Source of the DNA: Promethearchaeia archaeon
GTDB taxonomy: Archaea > Asgardarchaeota > Lokiarchaeia > Sigyniarchaeales > SOKP01
Assembly (NCBI GenBank): GCA_029856045.1
Contig: JAHQWG010000028.1
Location: forward strand, 25,972-49,971
Direction: 5' to 3'
Length of the DNA: 24,000 nt
The notes below the pieces were generated by a model that was given only the letters and a program-made list of their open reading frames with translations, was not told the origin of the DNA and did not search any database. The stretch's first letter is position 1, and the number at the start of each line of letters is the position of its first letter. This document shows positions 8,724-14,734 of the stretch, piece after piece. The translations under genes were made by a program, and so were the position numbers.

Positions 8724-9311
8724 ATGAGTGAAAATTTAAAATGTAATGTATGTGGTGGAGAAATTTCTGAAGATGATCTTGCATTATTAAAAATTCAGAA
8801 AAAAATTGAATGTAGATATTGTAAAAATCTGATAGTTTTAGATGAAAAGACCGCTAAGATTAAAGAAGATTTATGTTGTGTAATATGTGGGGGTGCTTTA
8901 GCGGTTGAAGATCTATCGGAAAAGGCTCTAGCCTGTAAGTATTGTCAAAATGATTTAGAAGAAATATCTTATAGCGAAGCTAATTATCCAGAAATTTTTA
9001 ACAGATTAAAAGCCATACCCGAAGAAAAAATTATTGAGATTTATAAGACTTTAATGAGAGAGGAGAATTTTGAACAGTTAAATAAAGATGACCAAATTAA
9101 ATTAAAAAAATTTGGTGAATCTTTTATACCAAAAATGAAAGAAATTTATAAAGCGAATAAATGGGATATGGCTACAAAAGCTATTGGATGGTTAGGTCAT
9201 AGTTTGGGAACCTTATTAGGATTAACAATACTAGGTGGTACAATTGGAGGAGCAGTGGGAGTATTGTTATCAGTATTAGGAGTTGCATTCGTTAGAGGCA
9301 AGGCAAAATAA
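8724..9311 (+). CDS. Tail-anchored double zinc-ribbon protein
   Basis: Two CxxC...CxxC ribbons: 'CNVCGGEI..(19)..CRYCKNLI' and 'CVICGGAL..(15)..CKYCQNDL'. A helical middle is followed by a Gly-rich hydrophobic C-terminus 'LGTLLGLTILGGTIGGAVGVLLSVLGVAFV'. First gene of the + strand array. Confidence 0.65.
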   Translation: MSENLKCNVCGGEISEDDLALLKIQKKIECRYCKNLIVLDEKTAKIKEDLCCVICGGALAVEDLSEKALACKYCQNDLEEISYSEANYPEIFNRLKAIPEEKIIEIYKTLMREENFEQLNKDDQIKLKKFGESFIPKMKEIYKANKWDMATKAIGWLGHSLGTLLGLTILGGTIGGAVGVLLSVLGVAFVRGKAK

Positions 9312-9350
9312 ATTGAATAATTTGAAAATTTAAGAATTAGATTTAAAATT

Positions 9351-10448
9351 ATGTTAGAATTTAGATTAGTTCCACAATTTCGCAATAATTGTGTGATTCA
9401 GGGTAAAAAAGAGTTAGTTAGCAGTTTTAAAGAAGGAGATACAGTATTTTTATTATCAAAAATTCCAACAAAAACATTTTCTATCTTAACAAAAGTTGAA
9501 GGGATTATAGATTCTGATGAGAATCTTATCTACATCGATCAAAGGATACTTGGTAAATTAGCAGAAAATGATATGGTGACGATTTTAAAACATAATCCAG
9601 CCGAAGCATTAACAATATATTTAGCAATATCGGAATCTTTTTCCAGAGTTTTCAGCGGTGATTGGACATCTTTTGCCAAAAAACCATTAGAAAATAAAGT
9701 TTTTGATTTTGGACAAGAAGTATCATTTATAATTCCCTGGGAAGATGAACATGGAAACCAACTTCCTCCAATTGCTATTTCAGGATTTGTATATTCAACT
9801 GTTCCTACACCACCTATAAAAGTTGGATTACAAACGAAAATATATTTGAAAAAATTTCCTGAACTACAGCTACAAAAAATAAAACAAACTGGTTTTGAAA
9901 AACAAGAAGCACGTGTAAATATATTGGATAATGAAATCCAACAAAACATTTTGCACCTTATGCAAACGATTAAACAAAATAATTATCCAACTAAGGCAAA
10001 TAAATATAAATTTAAAAATGTTAATGCAAAACAATTATTTGCCTCTATAAACGAGGTTTTTAAAGGATTTCGAGTTGTTGAAGGGCCAACTGAAAAGACA
10101 TTTGATAGTGAAAATCAATCATTTTTAGGTTCCATTGTTTATCTTGCTGAAGAAACTACAGATTCTCTGGCAGTTATTGATCTTCAGGTATTAGCAAAAA
10201 ATCAAAATGGAGAAGTAATACTAATGGTCACTGCTAAAGATAATGATGTTGTTTATAATCTGTTAAATAAATATGATTTATTAATTCGCAAAATTAAAAT
10301 TGGGTTAGAAGAAAAAGCAGAGCTAAAGGTTGAGATTTGTCCTAGCTGTGGGGCAGATTTACCTCTTGATGATGTGGACTCAGATGGATCTATTGAATGT
10401 TTATATTGCCACAGAACCTCAATTATTCCAAAATCATATAGATACTAG
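9351..10448 (+). CDS. Cdc48-N/VAT-N/Ufd1-like N-domain protein with C-terminal zinc ribbon
   Basis: 'LIYIDQRILGKLAENDMVTILKHNPAEALTIYLA' followed by 'KPLENKVFDFGQEVSFII....ISGFVYSTVPTPPIKVGLQTKIYLK' fits the double-psi barrel + beta-clam pattern of Cdc48_N/Cdc48_2 (by eye). The C-terminal 'CPSCGADL..(14)..CLYCHRTSII' is the same ribbon type as in the upstream gene. Confidence 0.5.
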   Translation: MLEFRLVPQFRNNCVIQGKKELVSSFKEGDTVFLLSKIPTKTFSILTKVEGIIDSDENLIYIDQRILGKLAENDMVTILKHNPAEALTIYLAISESFSRVFSGDWTSFAKKPLENKVFDFGQEVSFIIPWEDEHGNQLPPIAISGFVYSTVPTPPIKVGLQTKIYLKKFPELQLQKIKQTGFEKQEARVNILDNEIQQNILHLMQTIKQNNYPTKANKYKFKNVNAKQLFASINEVFKGFRVVEGPTEKTFDSENQSFLGSIVYLAEETTDSLAVIDLQVLAKNQNGEVILMVTAKDNDVVYNLLNKYDLLIRKIKIGLEEKAELKVEICPSCGADLPLDDVDSDGSIECLYCHRTSIIPKSYRY

Positions 10449-10468
10449 ATTTTATTCTTATTAAAATT

Positions 10469-10473
10469 GAGGA
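10469..10473 (+). promoter_or_regulatory. Shine-Dalgarno-like motif (GAGGA) for the E1 gene
   Basis: GAGGA lies 6 nt upstream of the ATG at 10480, in a 31-nt intergenic gap. Confidence 0.4.
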
Positions 10474-10479
10474 TATTGA

Positions 10480-11259
10480 ATGGATTCCGATAGATATACA
10501 CGTTTAAAAGCAATAAAAGAATTTGGTTATGATATAAATTGGGATGATCTTAAAAAATACCATGTTGGCATAGTTGGAGTTGGTGGGTTAGGTGCAGTTT
10601 CAGCCGAAATGGCTACAAGGTGTGGAATTGGCAAGATTTCATTGTTTGATTTTGATATTGTAGAAGAAGTTAATCTCAATAGATTATTTTTTAAACCTCA
10701 ACATGTGGGTTTATTAAAAGTTGAAGCGGCAAAAAAGATTCTGAAAGAAATAAATCCTGATGTGGAGTTTTTTACTTATCCTAAAGACATTATGGATATG
10801 GATTTTGAACCCATATTTGATAAAAAGATTCAAGAAATAGATATTATTCTTAATGGAGTTGATAATCTAGCTGCTCGTGAGTATTTGAATATAAAATGCA
10901 TTAGATTCAAAATACCTTATATAAATGCTGGTGCATCTAGAAGTGGTCTATCAGGTTATGTCCATCCAATAATCCCTTATAAAACAGCTTGTTCTGCATG
11001 CATAAAGCGGATTAATATTGAAAAATCTAATGACCGTGGAGAGCCATGCACCGCATCTCTGCCATCAACTATGGCGATATTAGCTAGTATTCAAATTCAA
11101 GAACTGCTGAAGTATTTATTGAAATTTGGGACGATGATCGATTATGTCATGTACAATATGCTTTCTGGAGAATTTTCATATTATAAGACAATCAGAGATA
11201 ATAAGTGTTCAATTTGTGGAGACTTTAATGTTCTAAAGGAAAATGAAAAACATTTATAG
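10480..11259 (+). CDS. UBA5-like E1 (UFM1-activating-enzyme-like adenylation domain, ThiF/MoeB superfamily)
   Basis: 'VGIVGVGGLGAVSAEMATRCGIGKISLFDFDIVEEVNLNRLFFKPQHVGLLKVEAAKKILKEINPDV' tracks human UBA5 '[67 protein letters not shown]' closely. 'RGEPCTASLPSTMAILASIQIQELLKYLLKFG' tracks '[32 protein letters not shown]', which holds the catalytic Cys (here codon 11047-11049). Zn pairs are 'CSAC' and 'CSIC'. Human sequence recalled from memory. Confidence 0.85.
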   Translation: MDSDRYTRLKAIKEFGYDINWDDLKKYHVGIVGVGGLGAVSAEMATRCGIGKISLFDFDIVEEVNLNRLFFKPQHVGLLKVEAAKKILKEINPDVEFFTYPKDIMDMDFEPIFDKKIQEIDIILNGVDNLAAREYLNIKCIRFKIPYINAGASRSGLSGYVHPIIPYKTACSACIKRINIEKSNDRGEPCTASLPSTMAILASIQIQELLKYLLKFGTMIDYVMYNMLSGEFSYYKTIRDNKCSICGDFNVLKENEKHL

Positions 11260-11298
11260 TATTATGAAAAAAATCTCTGATAATTTAATTAAAAAACT

Positions 11299-11303
11299 GG
11301 AGG
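11299..11303 (+). promoter_or_regulatory. Shine-Dalgarno-like motif (GGAGG) for the JAMM gene
   Basis: GGAGG lies 7 nt upstream of the ATG at 11311. Confidence 0.45.
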
Positions 11304-11310
11304 AATAAAA

Positions 11311-12537
11311 ATGGATTTTGTAAAAATTACAGAGGATATTTTAAATTTTATTAAAAAGCAGGCCATATTAAGCACTGATGAGATATATGGATGGTTAATT
11401 GGATATCAAATGAATAATATTCCATACATAATTACCGCTCTCGATTGTCAAAATTATCTACAGCAGTCATACATCAACGCCATCCCTGATCCCCTAGAGA
11501 TTCAAAAAATTGGTGGCTTAATGCCTCACGGGATTGGCATTATTGGTATATATCATTCTCATCCCTTTAAAAGTGAAGTTTTTCATTCTCATACAGACGA
11601 TGAAACTCTAATAAGCTTAAGTAAACAACTTCCAAATTGTGTGTCAATTGTAACAAATGGAAAAGATATTAATTATTATCAAATGGATAAGTCATTTAAA
11701 TTAGTGGATATTGATCCAAAAATCTGGAAACCTGAAATACCAGAATTCTTACCCATTTTTTTTAATAATTCATTTATTATTAATTTAGAGAAAAATCTAC
11801 TCAATAATGAGAGCCTACATGTAAAAATATTTAATAAATTTAAAGATTATTTAGAAGAGAATTGGGATGATTTTAAATTATTCAAAAATAATATAGAAAT
11901 TTCTTATAATGAAAAAATAAATCAATATTTTAAATCTTCTCTGGATGGAAATTATCTGGAATTGAAGTTTAAAAATAAAAAGAATATTAATGAATTAATT
12001 AAAATTAATGTATTCAATGAAGAAATAGGCGTTAAAGTTGCAGACCAAGCTGATATGGTTTCTTTGCAATTAAATCTTAAATCCTTAGATCTTTTTTATA
12101 TTACCGATAAAAATAGTATTAATGAACTCAGAAATTCAATTAAAATTGAAATAATAAATAATAGTATAATGCCAAAAATCTTTCGATGCTTAATTGATAT
12201 TGATAATTCTGAATTACGAATACCAAATGAGCTTTTTCTTAATTTATATGGATTTTTCATAAAAGTTAATTATTATAATCAAGAGATTATTCAAAAATTA
12301 AATGATACTTATCCAATCAACAATAATTATGAAAATCTTTCGATAAAAAATTGGGAATTTTTAGGTAGGATGTTAAAAATAGTGGATTTATATTTATCTT
12401 TAAAAATTGATAAATCTTCAAAAAGGCTTCTCATCGAATTAGTTGAAAATTTAATTAAATTATCCAAAAATCACAAATGGTATGATAAGATAAAAAAAGT
12501 TTTAGATAAACAAAAAGAATCTTTATTACGATCATAA
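11311..12537 (+). CDS. JAB1/MPN+/JAMM metalloprotease with ~270-aa N/K/I-rich C-terminal extension
   Basis: Catalytic Glu context 'DEIYGWLIGY'. JAMM motif 'GIYHSHPFKSEVFHSHTDDE' (HxH...SxxD, nt 11554-11598). The core covers roughly the first 135 residues and the rest has no motif I recognise. Confidence 0.8.
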   Translation: MDFVKITEDILNFIKKQAILSTDEIYGWLIGYQMNNIPYIITALDCQNYLQQSYINAIPDPLEIQKIGGLMPHGIGIIGIYHSHPFKSEVFHSHTDDETLISLSKQLPNCVSIVTNGKDINYYQMDKSFKLVDIDPKIWKPEIPEFLPIFFNNSFIINLEKNLLNNESLHVKIFNKFKDYLEENWDDFKLFKNNIEISYNEKINQYFKSSLDGNYLELKFKNKKNINELIKINVFNEEIGVKVADQADMVSLQLNLKSLDLFYITDKNSINELRNSIKIEIINNSIMPKIFRCLIDIDNSELRIPNELFLNLYGFFIKVNYYNQEIIQKLNDTYPINNNYENLSIKNWEFLGRMLKIVDLYLSLKIDKSSKRLLIELVENLIKLSKNHKWYDKIKKVLDKQKESLLRS

Positions 12538-12611
12538 TGAATAATTAAATAGATTAAAAAAATTGATTATTATATAATATAAAAATTTAAAAAAATTGAG
12601 GGTAGTAGTTA

Positions 12612-12878
12612 ATGGCAAATATTGGCATCACTACAGTTTATTTTGTTAATAAGTTTGCTCCAGAAAAAAAACATATTCCATTTCCAGTTTCTCCTTCAAT
12701 GACAATGGCAGATCTTTTACCAGAGTTATCTAAAAAGTTTAATATACATTTACAAAATATTTCAATTGCGGTGCAGGATTCACAAGTTTTAACGATAGAA
12801 GAATATTCTTTATCACTAAAGAATTTAATTGATAAATTTGGTAAAACATTTGATATTATTGATAGAAATATAGTAGGC
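12612..12878 (+). other. UFM1-like beta-grasp domain ending at Gly89 (candidate processing site after 12878)
   Basis: Domain-level call within the fusion ORF. The 'DRNIVG' Gly codon ggc lies at 12876-12878 and is followed by the ~10-aa linker 'TEKSDAQYSES'. Confidence 0.6.
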
Positions 12879-13430
12879 ACTGAGAAATCTGATGCACAAT
12901 ATTCAGAAAGTCTGGTGGATGAATTAATTCCTGAGTTTGGAGCCGAATGGGCTAAGATAGGTCCCAAACATCCACGTTGGCAAGAAAGAATAAAAAAAGA
13001 AATAGAAAATATCTTAAGATACGTACATTATCTAAAAAAACTTTCAAATGAGCCATGGTTTAGATTGGTTCCTTCGAAAAATCCTAGACATAATTACCTC
13101 ATTTGGAATGGACATATCCTTGTTCCAAAACGACCAGAAATAAAATTTGATATCGCAATATTATTAACTTCAGAGTATCCTAAAAATTGCCCACGTTGTT
13201 TTGCAGATGACAAAATAATGGATTATTGTGGAAAACTATATTTTGGTAATGTATGGGAGCAAGAAGGGCATAAATACGTGATGATATGCCATGACCATAT
13301 GAGTGAAACCACCGCCTGGAAAGAATCACTGGGGATTGTTCATTTCTTCATAAGAGAGATTTGGATTTGGTGGATGGCTCAACAAAATTTCATCATTCAA
13401 AATTGGGATGAAAAGCATGGTAAAAAGTAA
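12612..13430 (+). CDS. Fusion protein: UFM1-like ubiquitin-fold domain + UFC1-like E2
   Basis: Residues 1-89 end 'FDIIDRNIVG' (human UFM1 mature C-terminus is 'RIIPRDRVG'), and 'IPFPVSPSMTMADLLPELSKKFNI' tracks '[24 protein letters not shown]'. Residues ~100-272: 'LVDELIPEFGAEWAKIGPKHPRWQERIKKEIENILRYVHYLKKLSNEPWFRLVPSKN' tracks UFC1 '[53 protein letters not shown]'. 'KFDIAILLTSEYP' tracks 'EFDIEFDIPITYP', and 'VMICHDHM' tracks 'GKICLTDHF' (catalytic Cys, codon 13287-13289). No HPN motif, as in UFC1. GAGG lies upstream of the ATG. Confidence 0.75.
   Translation: MANIGITTVYFVNKFAPEKKHIPFPVSPSMTMADLLPELSKKFNIHLQNISIAVQDSQVLTIEEYSLSLKNLIDKFGKTFDIIDRNIVGTEKSDAQYSESLVDELIPEFGAEWAKIGPKHPRWQERIKKEIENILRYVHYLKKLSNEPWFRLVPSKNPRHNYLIWNGHILVPKRPEIKFDIAILLTSEYPKNCPRCFADDKIMDYCGKLYFGNVWEQEGHKYVMICHDHMSETTAWKESLGIVHFFIREIWIWWMAQQNFIIQNWDEKHGKK
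12909..13427 (+). other. UFC1-like E2 core domain
   Basis: Domain-level call within the fusion ORF. See the motif comparison under the CDS entry. Confidence 0.65.
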
Positions 13431-13601
13431 TTACATATAAAATTTTTTAATTTTTTCAATTTATAAAGTTATTTTTTAAATAACAAATGAAGGCGAAATA
13501 TTATTAAAAGTAAGGTAAAAAAACCTGAAGAATTAAAAGCATTTACTTACGGAATAAAAAATAGAATATTATCAAATATTAAAAGCATTGAAGCAAAATT
13601 A

Positions 13602-14654
13602 ATGAAAATTATTCAATATTATATAAAATTGGATAATATGGAGATTAATAATGAATTAGAAAAACTTAGAAGGAATCTATTGAAGTTAAAAGATACTTTA
13701 AACGCATATAGAATCCCTCCATCATTAACAAAGATTGATAAAATAAAGAAGAACGTTATTAATAAAATAAAAATGGTAATTTTCTATTTAGAATTGATAC
13801 TGATTGAAACGGAAAAAACTATTTATGATTTTGAAGAAAGTACCCTTGATTTCAAGGATAATGATAATATTGAAGAGGTTCTCAATATTTTCTCAGAATG
13901 TGATAAAAAGATAAATAATTTATTATTACAATTGGATAATTTTGGAGATCTAACTCAATTTAAAAATATTTTCGATTTGATTGAACCTGAAATTGAAAAA
14001 CTATATCCTAAATCTAAAGATATCGAGAAAATTTTGAAGCTAAGTAAAAAAGCCAATTTATTAAAAATCGAGAGAGAGAAATTACCAACAATTCTGAAAA
14101 TTGAAAGGGAAGAAAAGAAAGAAGTAAAAGAAAAAAAAATTATTCAACCTTTAGAAACTGCAGAAGAAAATAATGAAGTTCTACGTAATATTTTCGAAAG
14201 ATTCTCCTTAAAGGTTCCAAATAAGAGTCAATTAATTGATAGTATCGTATCGATTGGGGATTCTAAAATAACAAACGAATTAGGGGGAGTCGTAAAAATA
14301 ACAGCATTATATAACTTTATAAAAGATGAGAATAAGGATTTAGATTTTACATTAGACGATTTAAACAAAGTTTTAAAATATATGAGAAAGAAAGGATATA
14401 TTTCAGATATTGAAGAGATTGAAAATCTAAAGTTAGTAAAATTTATTCCACTTGAACTATCATCAGATCCAAAATTATTATTAGAATCCGTAGGATTCGA
14501 AGGCGTGGAGACTAAAGAAAATTTAATGAAAAAACTTAATTGGCCAGAATCAAGAGTGGATGAGGTTTTAAGGTTTTTAATTGACAAGGGAATATGCAAA
14601 TCAGAAAATAATTCTTTAATAAGTGAAAGATTTTACTTTCCAGGATTAGTATAG
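13602..14654 (+). CDS. EAP30-domain protein (ESCRT-II Vps22/Vps36-like) with N-terminal coiled-coil region
   Basis: The C-terminal ~150 aa 'LGGVVKITALYNFIK...FTLDDLNKVLKYMRKKGY...LVKFIPLELSSDPKLLLESVG...ENLMKKLNWPESRVDEVLRFLIDKGICK....ERFYFPGLV' aligns by eye with human SNF8/EAP30 'NGGLITLEELHQQVL...VSQDDLIRAIKKLKALG...LIQSVPAELNMDHTVVLQLAE...EIKASLKWETERARQVLEHLLKEGLAW...HYWLPALF' (tandem winged helices). The N-terminal ~200 aa is K/E/I-rich and helical. Confidence 0.7.
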   Translation: MKIIQYYIKLDNMEINNELEKLRRNLLKLKDTLNAYRIPPSLTKIDKIKKNVINKIKMVIFYLELILIETEKTIYDFEESTLDFKDNDNIEEVLNIFSECDKKINNLLLQLDNFGDLTQFKNIFDLIEPEIEKLYPKSKDIEKILKLSKKANLLKIEREKLPTILKIEREEKKEVKEKKIIQPLETAEENNEVLRNIFERFSLKVPNKSQLIDSIVSIGDSKITNELGGVVKITALYNFIKDENKDLDFTLDDLNKVLKYMRKKGYISDIEEIENLKLVKFIPLELSSDPKLLLESVGFEGVETKENLMKKLNWPESRVDEVLRFLIDKGICKSENNSLISERFYFPGLV

Positions 14655-14734
14655 AAATTATTTAAAAACATTAATATAGAATAAAGTTTAACAAATAAAT
14701 TAAAAATAAAATATTTAATAAACGGGTGTAAAGA

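Noticed and set aside
9197-9949. Minus-strand ORFs 9197-9385 and 9539-9949
   Set aside because: They are antisense overlaps of the Zn-ribbon and Cdc48-N-like genes. They show no motifs or SD sites, and the + strand frames have clear domain signatures.
10480-11259. E1 as a MoeB/ThiF sulfur-carrier-activating enzyme (molybdopterin/thiamine) or SAMP E1
   Set aside because: There is no rhodanese domain and no MoaD/ThiS-type small GG protein or moa/thi genes nearby. The long UBA5-specific blocks and the adjacent UFC1-like E2 and JAMM protease argue for a protein-conjugation role. This still needs phylogenetic confirmation.
10480-13430. Cassette as a bacterial Bil/Bub- or CBASS Cap2/Cap3-type antiphage Ubl system
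   Set aside because: The gene set (E1, E2, Ubl, JAB) is superficially similar. However, there is no CD-NTase or effector, the E1 and E2 are not fused as in Cap2, the motifs track UBA5/UFC1/UFM1 specifically, and the flanks are housekeeping and ESCRT-like rather than a defence island. A defence role cannot be fully excluded from sequence alone.
12909-13430. E2 region as a canonical UBC-fold ubiquitin E2
   Set aside because: There is no HPN motif upstream of the active-site Cys. The N-terminal helix and 'WFRL' block follow UFC1 rather than UBC enzymes.
12638-14599. Minus-strand ORFs 12638-12967 and 14228-14599
   Set aside because: They lie antisense to the UFM1-UFC1 fusion and the EAP30 gene respectively. 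The sense frames carry strong family motifs and the antisense frames carry none.
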